DNA of 63,959 nt, the filler included, from Nemertoderma westbladi (taxonomy: Eukaryota; Animalia; Xenacoelomorpha): assembly GCA_032718475.1 (NCBI GenBank). It is 3 parts of 3 records of this genome, joined end to end, with 100 filler letters (N's around TTAATTAATTAA, not from the genome) between each part and the next. Parts side by side here need not be neighbours in the genome. Positions count along the whole stretch, not along the records: positions 1 to 28,074 come from JAUCBJ010005211.1; 2 more parts are not named here. One strand, given 5' to 3'. Within the stretch, counting starts at the first letter, position 1; each line of letters opens with the position of its first letter. The notes under the pieces are model-generated. The model did no database searches and was not told the DNA's origin. It saw only the letters and a program-made list of their open reading frames with translations. Both the position numbers and the translations under genes were made by a program. Positions 1-12,803 of the stretch are shown one piece after another.

Positions 1-2
1 GA

Positions 3-212
3 TAGGATCGGAACCTGGGACTCCGTTGTTGGTGTTACACCACTCTTTGATTTGATCGGAACCTGGGACTCCGTTGTTGGTGTTACACCACTCTTTGATT
101 TGATCGGAACCTGGGACTCCGTTGTTGGTGTGACACCCCTCTTTCATAGGATCGGGACCTGGGACTCCATTTGGGTGACACTCCTCTCCTATAAGATGGG
201 GACCTGGGGATC
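3..212. repeat. 48-bp tandem repeat (~3 good copies, then degenerate copies), cut by the window start
   Basis: Unit gatcggaacctgggactccgttgttggtgttacaccactctttgattt recurs at 48-bp spacing. Confidence 0.9.
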
Positions 213-737
213 TGATATTGACTCTTTCCCGTTTCATTAACACTAGCATTATCACTAAAATCAGAACCGGATATTGCACTTCCTCTGCGAGACATTTTAG
301 CTTAACCTTCGCTTAAATGGTACTAATTAGATCTACAGTAATACCAATTTTTTGAACTTTGTATCTTTTTTCCTAGTTCAACAAACCTTGAAATTATGTT
401 AAGCCATAATGTTAACAACCTGCTAGTTTATTCAAATGGTAACAGCAAATTCAAAAATGTGTTATAAGTTCTAGATTCACAATTCTGGAATTTCTAAGGG
501 TTGTACTGTATGATGATTCCTGTACTATTTAATTTGTTTTCCAAAAATATTCTAGAACAAAATTAAGTATCAAAATTGATAGCTAACACGTGTTCTATAA
601 CATTTACAAAATAAGTTGAAAAAACTAGCTATATAGTATAAAGATTAAAAAGTTGGCAATTGTAAACCATTTTTCAGAAATCTTTTTCAAAATGAGTGTA
701 GGCCTACTTAGTGTTTTATTAATGGTACAGTAACTAA

Positions 738-890
738 AGGCCATGATACACCACAGGAGCGGCGAGCGGCAGCGGCGAGCGGCCGCGGCGAGCGGCCACT
801 TTATAAAAATAGAACACATTATTTTCTATGGGTGATGATACACCACAAATGGCTGCTGCCGCTCGCCGCTCCTGTGGTGTATCATGGCCT
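738..890. mobile_element. PIF/Harbinger (Tourist-like) MITE
   Basis: Terminal inverted repeats of ~36 bp (aggccatgatacaccacaggagcggcgagcggcagc), flanked by TAA at 735-737 and 891-893. Confidence 0.85.
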
Positions 891-1068
891 TAATGTATCA
901 GTGTGTTATTATGATACCAGCAGCTACTACAGTTTAGTTAGTAGTGTAGTGTCTTTCGAAAACCAGTAAAATCCTTTCCCTGATATATTTTAAAAAATAT
1001 ATTGATAGATATATGCCTTGATAAATTATTTAATTAATGTCACAATATTTTATCTTGAAATACTGTAG

Positions 1069-1239
1069 ATGACGACGTCTGCTCAACGCAACGACCACGA
1101 ACGGCTGAAGATAGCCGTAGAGAATGGCGACATTGTGGCGGTGCGGGGTCTACTGACTCAGAGACAGGCAGATCCAAATATTCATCTTTGGGGTCAAGAA
1201 AATATCCTAATGAAAGCCGTGGCGCATAAACAAAATAAG
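1069..1239 (+). CDS. Small ankyrin-repeat protein, coding exon 1
   Basis: Translates MTTSAQRNDHERLKIAVENGDIVAVRGLLTQRQADPNIHLWGQENILMKAVAHKQNK, matching the ankyrin pattern LxxAxxxGxxxxVxxLL..ADPN. Donor AAG|gtgcaa at 1240. The ATG is directly preceded by tag, so an upstream exon is possible. Confidence 0.8.
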
Positions 1240-1895
1240 GTGCAATAATGATGTACTGTAGGGGGCTAATAAGTAAGGTGCAATAACAATGTGGGGCCTA
1301 ATAAATAAGGTGCAATAACAATGTGGGGGCCTAATAAATAAGGTGCAATAACAATGTGGGGGCCTAATAAATAAGGTGCAATAACAATGTGGGGGCCTAA
1401 TAAATAAGGTGCAATAACAATGTGGGGCCTAATAAATAAGGTGCAATAACAATGTGGGGGCCTAATAAATAAGGTGCAATAACAATGTGGGGGCCTAATA
1501 AATAAGGTGCAATAACAATGCGGGGGTCTAATAAATAAGGTGCAATAACAATGTGGGGGTCTAATAAATAAGGTGCAATAACAATGTGGGGGCCTAATAA
1601 ATAAGGTGCAATAACAATGTGGGGGCCTAATAAATAAGGTGCAATAACAATGTGGGGGCCTAATAAATAAGGTGCAATAACAATGTGGGGCCTAATAAAT
1701 AAGGTGCAATAACAATGTGGGGGCCTAATAAATAAGGTGCAATAACAATGTGGGGGTCTAATAAATAAGGTGCAATAACATTGTGGGGGTCTAATAAATA
1801 AGGTGCAATAACAATGTGGGGGCCTAATAAATAAGGTGCAATAACAATGTGGGGGCCTAATAAATAAGGTGCAATAACAATGTGGGGGCCTAATA
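1234..1895 (+). repeat. 33-bp tandem array (~20 copies) containing the exon 1 splice donor
   Basis: Unit aataaataag|gtgcaataacaatgtgggggcct. The first copy is the real junction AATAAG|GTGCAAT. Confidence 0.95.
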
Positions 1896-2059
1896 CATGA
1901 ACTTCATCAACATCGAGAAATGATTAAGTGAAACAAACATAAAGTTGATTCGTGTCTTTTATATACGGTAGTTATGAAAAATATATCCGGTAACTTATAT
2001 TTCAATAAAAACATTAAACAAATTTAAATAACAACATAAATCATTATTTTTCATTTCAG

Positions 2060-2209
2060 GTTGTGGAGGAACTGATTAAGTTTGGAGCTGATCCCACATA
2101 CTCTTACGACAATGGGCGCGGACAAAAGGTGGACATTCAAAGCTACACTGTGTTCTACAAGAACCCGGAGGCCTGGGAAATAATACAGAGATATCAGCAC
2201 AAACTGTAG
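2060..2209 (+). CDS. Small ankyrin-repeat protein, coding exon 2
   Basis: Acceptor tttttcatttcag|GTT. VVEELIKFGADPTYSYDNGRGQKVDIQSYTVFYKNPEAWEIIQRYQHKL* completes the second ankyrin repeat in phase 0, giving ~106 aa in total. Confidence 0.8.
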   Translation, partial: VVEELIKFGADPTYSYDNGRGQKVDIQSYTVFYKNPEAWEIIQRYQHKL

Positions 2210-3114
2210 AGTATATATAAAAAATACGCTATCTTTATACGAGTTATGAAATATTAAAAACGCGCTTATGTACACTTTTTTGTATCTTGCAACACCATTT
2301 CTAGAATATAGCTGTCGTAATTCTGCACTAACCAAAATAAGAAACGAAAGTCAATGGAAGAATACATTAGAACAGCTGGTTAGATCAACAGTTTCAATTT
2401 TGCGAATAATGAATACTGTTATGGAAATTAAATTGGATGTGGTATGTATAATATATTTGATGCACATTTTTGAGGAATTAGTTAAGTTTCTAAGATAATT
2501 GGTTTTGATAAATTGAATAAATTGGTTTTAATAAATTGCTAATTAGTTCTATTGCCCAGTAAAACATGCCCTTGCGAATCGAATGTGTTAATGATGCGAC
2601 AGGTGATTTTCTTGTGACTCACGAAGTAGCTTTTACACTTTTACACAGATTTACACATGCGATTTAGAGCATTCGAATATCTTGCTTATGTTACACATGT
2701 AAGTACTTCATTATACATGTGATATTATGTGTATTATATTACGAGTGACATTATACATGTTCCTAATTATATTTTCACCTGTGATACACACATGCTGTTC
2801 ATTGTTCATGTGTCATTACCGGTACTTATATTAGGAGGTTTAAAATATTTTATACGGTATACTGGTACACCAACCAACAAGGGGTTGATAAGAGATATTG
2901 GAATTTGGCGGGAACAGCGTCGTGTATCGTTCATTGTGTAAGAAAGGGATGCATCGCAGCTCAACCTGTCTCAATGATACGAGAACTTATATCGCGCTGA
3001 TTTATCGCGCTATATCGTTTACTAAAGAATAAGTGACTTTTCATAACTTTCTTTTTGTGTGTTCACGATCCAAATAGTTAGGGTTTAGGCCTACAATCTA
3101 CAATAAGGTATAAC

Positions 3115-3983
3115 TTGTGGGGCGAGCGACGAAAGTAAGCTTAGCTACAGTAGCATACAGGTACCACTAACTCAATCGGTGTGTCTGTTGATCTGTTGTG
3201 TTCAATTTTAAACGTTAATAAATCAGCCAAATGTTAATGAAATTTAACCAAACTTGGTACACATGTAGTCTGGCAAAAGTTTAGAAATTTTCCAAGTTGA
3301 ATTTCCGCGTGGCCTTCAAGAAGCTAAGATAATAGCAGTTAATTACATAATTAAGTTGATTAGGGTAAAAACAGCAATTTTAACCTGCCTCTTAAAGGAT
3401 ATTATTTATTTTTTAGTTTAAGATTTAAATAATTATACTTCAAAATTATATAACTGTATTCCCCATACGCCATTCCATTATAGTTTTTAATTAGTTCAAG
3501 AGATTTGCTTTAAGAAATCTGTTTTTAATTGATCTAAACGTAATTAAATTATCAAAATCCACCGTATCTCTATACTTCCAGCTCCCTCATTCATTGGCAT
3601 GCTTGCTATTGCCTAGCCTATCTGCTGGCGCTGGGAACCAGTCCAACCAGATCAGCACTACTTGGCAACGGGTAATTACATCAATAGGACATAGCCACTA
3701 CAGTAATGTAAGGTACCAGACTAATAAGCCAGTTTGCTTTATCTGCCTTTCATTAATCCTCTGTGCTCCTTTGGGTTGGGGTGGTGCAGATTAAAAGGGC
3801 GGTTGAAGCAAGGGGGGGGGGATCTTTCCTCTCTTATTTGATTTATTCTTATTGGCGTTTTGGTTAAATTTTCTTAATTATTTATTTAAATTTCTCAAAT
3901 ACTGATTTTGTGATACAGTCGCTCAATTTTAATTTGTATCTAATAACTGAGCCTCGTCCTGCGCGATGGCCCCACGAACGTGT
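3115..3983 (-). mobile_element. DINE-1/Helentron-like non-autonomous element, copy A
   Basis: Both ends are the reverse complement of the ends of 4172-5196. Subterminal inverted repeat ttgtgggg...ccccac. Confidence 0.6.
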
Positions 3984-4171
3984 ATTACTGTAGTTGTGTA
4001 ATGAATTGGAATGAATCTCATACTACAGTAGCAAGCACTGTAAACACTGATCTTGATAAACTAAACTTATGGCTATACGATTACAAACTTTCTCTTAACT
4101 TAAAAAAGACCGAATATTTATTCATATCCAACATACACAACAAACAAAACTGACACAGACATAGTCATATA

Positions 4172-5196
4172 AGACACGTTTGTGGGGCCTTCGCGCAGGA
4201 CACGGCCCAGTTATAAGATACAAATTAAAATTGAGCGACTGTTTCACAAAATCAGTATTTGAGAAATTTAACCATACCGCCAATCAATCAAAGAAAGGGG
4301 GACAGTACGTGTTCAGCCCTTTTAATCTGCCCCCCCCCCCCCCTTCCTACCAACCAATACATAACCGCGACATCTACCACCCAAGGGGCGGAAGGGTAGC
4401 TCAAACTTATTTCCAATCACACGTTCAATATGCGAAGCCATGTGGTTTATAGGAAATATCGAGAATTCGAGAAAATCGAGAATTCTAGAAACTCGATCGA
4501 AATAACTGCTCATCCCAGTATCCGTCCGTAGTCACCGGACAGCTGCGGTTTATTCCCGTAGAACAGTAGTGGGCCTGAGTGAGGCATGAGGAACTTGGCA
4601 GTGGCCCGCATTTCGATCCGACCGACCGCCGTATTCCCAGTGTAGTAAATAGAATCTTACTGACAAGCAAGCAATTCTGTAGTATTTATTCCTCAGTTAA
4701 TCGCATCTTGATGCCACTCGGATGCTCGGGTCCAGATACATCGGGCTGTTGGAAGCTGTTTAGATGAAGAAGTTGTTTAGATGGCCTTGCCAACGACCTG
4801 AAGACGGTACCGGTAACTCTGTACCACTGTAACAGTTAGCAGTACCGGTACCGTACTGTAATCTTGTAGTCTCCTAGCAACCAGCTGATGCCAAGCCTAA
4901 TAATTTTTGGGTAGATTAATTTATTATAACTGTAAGACAGTTACACAGATGCTGCACAAAGACCCCACGCAAATTCAACTTGGAAAATTTCTAAACTTTT
5001 GCCAGACTACATATGTACCAAGTTTGGATATATTTTATCGAGATTTAGCTGAGTTATTAACGTTTAAAATTGGACACAACAGATCAACAGAACAACAGAT
5101 CAACAGAACAACAGATCAACAGAATAACAGACACACCGATTGAAGTAGTGGTACCTGTATGCTAAGCTCGCTTACTTTCGTCGCTCGCCCCACAAA
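4172..5196 (+). mobile_element. DINE-1/Helentron-like non-autonomous element, copy B
   Basis: Subterminal inverted repeats ttgtgggg/ccccacaa, a tgtaccaagtttgg core and an aacag-type microsatellite near the 3' end. No transposase. Confidence 0.6.
4475..4797 (-). pseudogene. Degraded class-3 aldehyde dehydrogenase (ALDH3-like) fragment
   Basis: The minus strand reads TTELLACQ*DSIYYTGNTAVGRIEMRATAKFLMP..FYGNKPQLSGDYGRIL, with PMYLD and YFDRVSRILD in neighbouring frames. This resembles ALDH3 TTELLxxxFDHIFYTGNTAVGKIVM..AAKHLTP and FYGxxxxxSxDYGRII. It has stops, frameshifts and an internal deletion. Confidence 0.8.
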
Positions 5197-6594
5197 GTAA
5201 TTAAAAAACATATCAAACAAAAAGTTTAGGTCTATAGCAATGTTGGTTTTGATCACTATTAATAGATTATTATTATTATTAATAATATTGGGAATCTCTT
5301 GTAAATTTCAATTTCAATTTCTTTGATAATTTGGACTAATTTGGACTATAAGTTGGACTCAGCGACCTTAAAAACCTACATAATGGCCAAAATTACAGTA
5401 TTTTATATAAATCTATAGGGACCCTGATTTTTAGTACTTGTATTTTTCATGAAAGAATTATAAATAGCGTTTATACCACAAGGTACCACAAGGTTTTCAT
5501 TTCAACCCATTTTTATAGGTTATCTGGACTTTTGAATCGATTGAAAGTAATATTGAAGTTTCAAGTCTTAGTGGTACATCATTATTGGTACACCACAATT
5601 TGGGCGTGGTTCTTTTTCAAAATTTGAATAAGTGCCACTCCCTAGTTTTGGTGCACCAAAAATGCCGAACCACTAACTGACTAAGTCTTCAGGCTTCTAT
5701 AATACTTCAATTGATTCAGCGGTCCAGAAAACCTATAAATCTGCGTTGAAATCACAACTTTGGTTTATTTTCCGAATCTCGTATTTTTTAATATTTGAAG
5801 GGCCACACCCTAATTTTGGTGCTCCAAAAAGGACGATCCACTAAGTCTTCAGGCTTCGATAATATTTTCAATCGATTCAGCGGTCCAGAAAACCTATAAC
5901 AACGCGTTGAAATCAAAAGATGGGGATATTTTCGGAATATTGTATTTTTCAAAATTTGAAGTGCCACACCCACACCCAAATAGCATCCAGTTCAATTTTC
6001 GGAAATGGAATATAATCACATTCGATTCAGCGTAGTGAAAAACCTACTAATGCTAGCCAACATTGCCTCATTATCAGTTTTTTTAATATCAAAAAATGTA
6101 TATTTTGTCCTGGGACTCATACTTCTATTTTTCATGAAAATTATTATACCCATACCCACCTCATGAAATTTTCATTTTTTTGGATTTGAAAATGTTCTTC
6201 GAATGATATTTTTCACCTACAGCCCAAATTTCGTAGGATTTTATTTGATGATTACAAAAATACAGCGAGGGGCCGAATCGACCCCTCGCCAGTGCTGCTA
6301 ATGGTCTAAACACCCCAGTGGTAATAGGGTTAATGAATGCTCTGTTTTTATAAACTTTTTAACTTTATCTAAGGTGCTATTCATTGGGAGCTCCAGCATC
6401 GTTATCTATATTATTGAGATCTTTTACGTCAGTTGAATCTAGAATTACAAAAATGCCCACATGTACTAAAATGCTTTTCATTTGATGGAACATTCTCAAT
6501 GTTGATTGATTCCGGTTTCGGTTTGAGATTACTGCCTCCACAGTCGTGATTAACTGAAAATTTATTTCAGAAAAGTTATGCTTCATAGTATTAA

Positions 6595-8022
6595 CCTCTT
6601 AACGAACCACTTTTTTAGCGGCAACCTGTCAAAAAATGACCTATTTTTTTTATTGTCATTTTCGATAGCCTATAACTAGCGGATGAAAAAAAATATATTT
6701 CCAGTAAAATATATGCATTTTTTAGTGAAATATCCAGCCTTCTATAAGCTATCAAGAACTCATCCCGAGTTAACTCGTGCATGAAATAATCATGTAAATT
6801 CGCGAAAAAATAATATAAAAATAATAATAATAATAAAAAAGTGTGCACCATATAATTATTGGTTTGATAAATAAAATTCACACTAAAGTCTGTACTATAA
6901 GTCTGTTTGTACATCTGTTGTTGTCCGACAAAATTTGTCCGATTTCTGAAACAAAAAAAGTGCAACTATTTGTATTTACACACAATGACAAAATTTCCAA
7001 GCACATACAGTATATTTTCATTTCTTTCATCTAGTTCTATAATAGTTGTTCTGAAGTATGTCGATCTGTTTACTCTTCGTCTAGTTGTCTGCAAGTCTGT
7101 TTGTCTGTCCGTCGGTCTGTTTGTCTGTGCATTTGCTTGTATAGACATCAGTATTTACTGAAATTTTTGAAAATCTATGGACTGCATCACGAATGACTCT
7201 TTGTAAAACAAGCTTACTGTACACTTTTCTGTCCAGTGTGTTTTCTCGTTTGTTTGTAAGACTGATTTGAGGGTTGTCTGTTTGTCAGACAAAATTGTCA
7301 GTTATTTGAAATAATTTTTAACTTTGACAACATTACAGCTACTTCCAAGCTCTTACACGATTTAGATTCACGGCGCACCTTTTTCCCCCTGGAGTCCTTC
7401 TTCTTGGAAGAAACAACACAAACTCTGGTCGGATTTTTCTTCGTTGTGGATGGTATTATATCAGGGAAATGGCGTTCGCTAAGGCGGGCAGGATTATCAG
7501 ACAAAGATGGCCGCCCCCTTGATCTAGCAACTGGGTTAGATTTGGGTCATTTAGAAATATTATAAAATTATATTTTTAAAAAGTAATTTGGCAACGTACT
7601 GGTGCGGTAACAAAACAAATAAAGGATAAAATATAAAGAATGAAGAATGTAAATAATGGAATCTCCAATATACAATAGATCTGCATGTTATTGTTGTAAC
7701 TACCGTACCTAACTAAGTTATTATTGCTGGAACACAACCAATAAGAAATTGATCTGCAGGGCTGGAAGTTGTGTGTCTCATAGAGGCCACAAACAATCCA
7801 TTTACATCATAAAACCAATCACAAATCAGCATCTATATCATTGTTAAAGTTTTCCACTTGGCTAAGGTAAGCTATTTTTAGATATCCAATCAAATAATTC
7901 ACGGCTATATTCGAGTTTGGTTTCAGTTTTCAACAGAAAACTGTTTGCACGAGTTAACTCGGGTTAGTCTGAATTATCCATTTTCTTGAACCCGAATTTA
8001 TTCGGGATAATTCGTTAAGGGG
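6595..8022 (-). mobile_element. Internally deleted piggyBac element
   Basis: Ends TTAA-CCTCTTAACGAA and TTCGTTAAGGGG-TTAA. 7298-7504 encodes RLSERHFPDIIPSTTKKNPTRVCVV..RRES..CKS, resembling the C-terminal cysteine-rich region of piggyBac transposase. Confidence 0.85.
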
Positions 8023-8029
8023 TTAATTT

Positions 8030-9540
8030 GGGCTTGCATAATAATTATATTATGGCGTTCATGACTGATTTCATCTGATATTCTTGATTTTCTTCTTTTA
8101 GCATTGAGTTACTATTCTCTAACTTGCAAATTATAGACTGTAGAGCAGCTGTCCCTGCAATGATATCACTCTTTAAGGATTCCAACGTTGTACCCTCCTA
8201 TACGACTTTGTTATAAAATCTTTTCAGCCGCTTTTTGCACTCTTCGGTAAAGCTATTTTCATGGACACATATCATTAATTCGTAAATATCAGTACACTTT
8301 CTTGATCAGAACCCCTTGATTTTAAACCAAGAGTTGCTGATTGAATTGGCGTCATTAAATTCTGAACTTCTCTAAATATTTTTAATACTCTCTGGAATTA
8401 CTATAAAAAATTTGATAAACAATTGGAAATCCACCTCCGGAGATCATAACTGCTGTTGTAGTAAGGTAGTAAGTACCTCGTTATTGGTTGTGACCAAGGC
8501 TTCCGAATAGAGACATAGTAGTGCACCATAATCATTTACGGTTGTCTGCTTGGGGTAGGTATGTCTGTAGTTGATGATATTCCAACGGTTATGACTCTTG
8601 TATCTAACATTGTCAATGTAGATCATTATATCACGAATCTTGTAAGTATTTTCGGTGGTAAATTGCCTGTTGAAAGAGCATAATGTATAGACAGTGTGCT
8701 CAGCAGGGCAAGCTACATGCAATACATAGTGCACATTATCACAATCAGGAAAAGGGATGAGCCTAGAATTGACTATTTCACAGTTACTAGTTATATATTT
8801 GATTAAGTTTGCCTTTATTATGCTATTATCCCGTAGTTGTGTGCAGAAAGATGAGTCAATATAGCAAATATCAGAGTAACTTATCTCTAGTGCACATAAG
8901 AAAGAATCAATAGTGGACGTTTCTATAGGTTCTCCCAACCTCTTTATTGATTCAATGCTTTCGCGACTAACCACAAATGGTGTTCGTGGATTCCTCATAG
9001 GTAGACGAGTTGCTGCTTTTACATTTTCTTCAGTACTGGATTGGCTGTCGTTGTCTGTAAAAATGGAGATAGTGGGTCGTTGTGAAAGGATCAATTCCGG
9101 TAGATGTATCGGAGTAGACTTAGGATTACTAGACACATAGTTATTAATATCACAAACTCTAGTGTGCCATATCCCACCATCATCACCAAAGTCCTGACCT
9201 TCAGCAACATAATTTTGAAAGGAAAAGGATGGTGCATCCACAAGACTCTGCGTGTGCGTAGGCTTATATTCTTCAATTATTTCAAAATCTTTGTTATCTA
9301 TTTCATGTAGAACTCCCTCCGAGGAGGGATTGGTTGGAGAGGAAGATAAATAGACTGCGTCACTAGAATCTTTATCTTTATTTTGTTGAGATAAACTCTC
9401 GCTCAGCTTTTTTTTTCATAAACCTTCAGACGTTCTATCATTACCTTTTTACTTCCAGATTTGATAAGTCCGCGAGATTTCAATTCTTCCCGTAATTCAA
9501 CCACATTCTTAGAGTTCCATTCTTGTGTATTAGATATTAT
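8030..9540 (-). pseudogene. Disrupted SAP-domain + Ulp1/C48 SUMO-protease-like ORF, probably transposon-derived
   Basis: ~9430-9520 reads WNSKNVVELREELKSRGLIKSGSKKVMIERLK (SAP motif). ORF 8444-9241 has IDSFL..YIDSSF..IPF...HYVLHV..PKQTTVNDYGALLCLY, where the Ulp1 QxNxxDCG cysteine is Tyr. Stops and frameshifts separate the segments. Confidence 0.7.
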
Positions 9541-12045
9541 TGAAGTTAATAATTATTTGGTGTAGGCTTGTGTTTTTTTATTTTTTTTTAAATAATTTGT
9601 GAAAAAAAATAATAATAAATAAATAAATAAATTTGTATTCCTCAAGTTAGCTATTTTTCAAAGTAATTAATAATCAAAATTTATCAATATATTATAAATC
9701 GTATTTTTGTGGCAACAATTACGAAATAGCTATTAATTAAAACAAAATTAAATCAGTAAATATACTCTGAGAATTTAGTCACACTCCTCTTATTATGATT
9801 ATTAGAATTACTAGAATTCCGTCTAGTTTCATCATGATCAGTTTCCTCAAAAACCCATATACACCCCTACCTTTAGAATTATTAAACCAAACACAAATTT
9901 TTTAGTTTGATATTTTTTTTACTGTACTTGAACTTTTCTTCCTGGGTTACCAAAATAGCACCAGAAATTATGGTTGCAATGCCAAAAAATATTTTTAACA
10001 ATTTTTATCATGATCAGCTACCTCGAAAGCCCTTATTCCATCAAAATTTTATTTAAAATGACCCCCCCCCCCCCCCCCCCCCCTCTTTGGTAAAGAATAC
10101 CAATACCAGTCTCCCAAGATTTGTTAGTAACGGGAAAACACCGACACTCCCAGTCCCGTCTGTGTTGTGACTGTTAGTAACGGGAAAATTATTACTTGAA
10201 CTGTCTCTGTTGTCTACAATTAAATTATACATTTGATTATAATTATTTGTTATAATATTTGATATCGTTCCGGTAAATTCAATTTGTTTTCTTCTGTTAT
10301 TGGATTAATATAATATCGCTGATACCCCGGAGATCAAAGACATTTTCTAGACACCAAACCCAGGTAGGTTTCTATAGCTAAGCAATATTGATAACCTGGA
10401 CAATTGTGTCAGATTTATGTGTGGTGTCTTGCCTCTAACTCAATAATTATTTAATCTATGGCGATATTTCTTACCTGTAATGCAAGTGAAGCTCTTAATA
10501 TTAAGGCCATGATTGAGAGTTGTCATAAATTAAATACCATAGCTATAATAATATAAACAGATACAGAATAGTTGCAATACGTTTCCCCTAAAGGGAAACA
10601 CAATCGCCAGACTTGAGGCCTACGTAAATAATTAGTCAGACATTTAATTATTGTATTGTGCCGCCACACCCTCCGGTACAGTATATTAGCGAAATAAGAT
10701 GATCAATTACCGTTATAGACTGAGCGAAACATTGAGCAAATCAATACAATTGTGGGGAAGAGGGGATAAAAGTGATTCACTAGAACGGCCTTCCATTAGA
10801 AGGTACACTAGCGCCCTACCGTTTAAAGTGTTTCAGACTGGGTTTACTCTCATTCTTGTGTGCTCTACAAAACAATAGGAAATAGTCAAAATATATAAAA
10901 TAGAGGTTAAAAACGTCTTTTTTTCATCAAATGCGCTAACAGTGACATACAGTACCTTCCATGTTTGCATAGCAGAATAGAATGTAACGAAATAATTTTT
11001 TATACAAACTGAACTTTGTAATCTAGTTAATCATTTACAATAAGATGATATAGCCCAACTAACAGGTCCTACATTTGCTCTATAAATGGACTCATTGTTC
11101 ACGAAATTTCCTCTTCTATGCAGTATAATTGCTGGTATTTTAATTAGTCGCCAAATTAATTTGGGAAGACTTTCTCTGTTATAGTGTCAGGAAAGTAGTC
11201 CGTGTGGTTTAGATAATCATGGTCTGTGGTAAATGACGTCACAAATGTTACCCAACAATACCATCCTGTTAATATTTCACCAAATAACAGTAACCATCTC
11301 AAAACTAAATGCAGTCTTATTTGTCCCTAAGCAAGACACTTCATGCATTAGTGCTTACGGAAACCCAAGGTACAATAGGAACCTGGCTTATTCTGGAAGA
11401 ATAATTAAAGGGTAGGATATGGAGTTATGCAGTGGCCAACCTTAGGAGTTACTATGGCGCCATCCTTACCTTAAAGGTAACTGCCATGAGAGAGGAGCCT
11501 TAAGGTTGCCTCTTTTTGTGTTTCACGCCGTCACATTTACTTGACTATACTTTTAGTTTAATAAACGTTGACTGCCTAAACTGTAAATATAAATTTAAGA
11601 TTCAACCTAAAGACTTGGTCCGGAAGGGAACCCAGTACTTTCACATCCTAATTCTGCGCTTTACAAAGTCAGATATTGGTGAAAGAGTTCAAAGATAAGC
11701 TTTCAGTAAACTTCAACAAGAATTAGGCCTACAGTACATTCTTTTTGAGGGTACCTCAACAATATCTCCTCACCCACGTCAACTAATACCAAAACAAAGT
11801 GAGTAACAACAGCGATGCATGGTGCAGGAGAATTCTGAAACCTCCATATTGAAATTATTGACATGTTACTCATATTACGCTTTACCGGTATACAGTATAG
11901 AATCTGTAAAGTAGTTCTTTTAAAAAAACAAAAATTAAACTGTAACCTCTGCCCTGACTTGTTTATTGTTTCGGTTAGAATAGATTAAAACAGTAGGCCT
12001 AACATATTCCTTTACCTCAATAGATAAATTAACATTAATAAGCTC

Positions 12046-12706
12046 TTGTTTAATATTGTGAATTACGTGGAGAGGGCTGCTAAGGAAGTTGAATTGAATA
12101 TAAATGTTACCAAAACCGAATTCATGACTTTTAATGTTGATGGATGCTTAACAACAATCGATAATAATCAACTAAGGAAGTTTGACGACTTCCAGTACTT
12201 TTGGGTCATGGTTAGAGAGCAGCAAAAAAGACATAGAAGTTAGGAAAGCAAAGGCAATGGTTGGGTAGCTCTATTAAAAAAGACTATTTTTTCCGAGCCA
12301 CAATGGGAAGTGTACTTGTGTAAGACATGGACACTGACGAAATTACATGAAAAACTAATTAATGGTTGCAACATAAAACTACTAAGGGCACCCCTAAACA
12401 TCAGCTGGAGACAACAAATGACAAACCCCGATTACCACCTGTATCAACCACCCTCCGAGAACGCAGATTAAGATTCAGTGGGCCCTGCTGGAGAAGTGAA
12501 TACGAGGTCATACCAGATCTACTTTTCTGACAACCAACACATAGATACAGTACCCATGGACAACCGGCTATGACAAATATAGACCAACTTCAAGGGATAC
12601 TTTACTTGGGAGAAACGAAATGCGACAACTATGAAGAATCGGGAAGCCTGTAAGGATCTCATTTCCACAGTTAGAATTCACTCGACCTAGTAGTAGTACC
12701 AGTAGC
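12046..12706 (+). mobile_element. RTE-like LINE 3' fragment, degraded
   Basis: AKEVELNINVTKTEFM (RT C-terminus) and RRLRFSGPCWR, followed by a (TAG)n tail at ~12688-12706. Confidence 0.75.
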
Positions 12707-12803
12707 AGGAATTAGTGTATCCGATGATGTAACTAAATAGAAAATTATAAATAATGTACAGTTAGGTATAGTACTGTAAGTGATTAACCTATTACCGTTA
12801 TTT

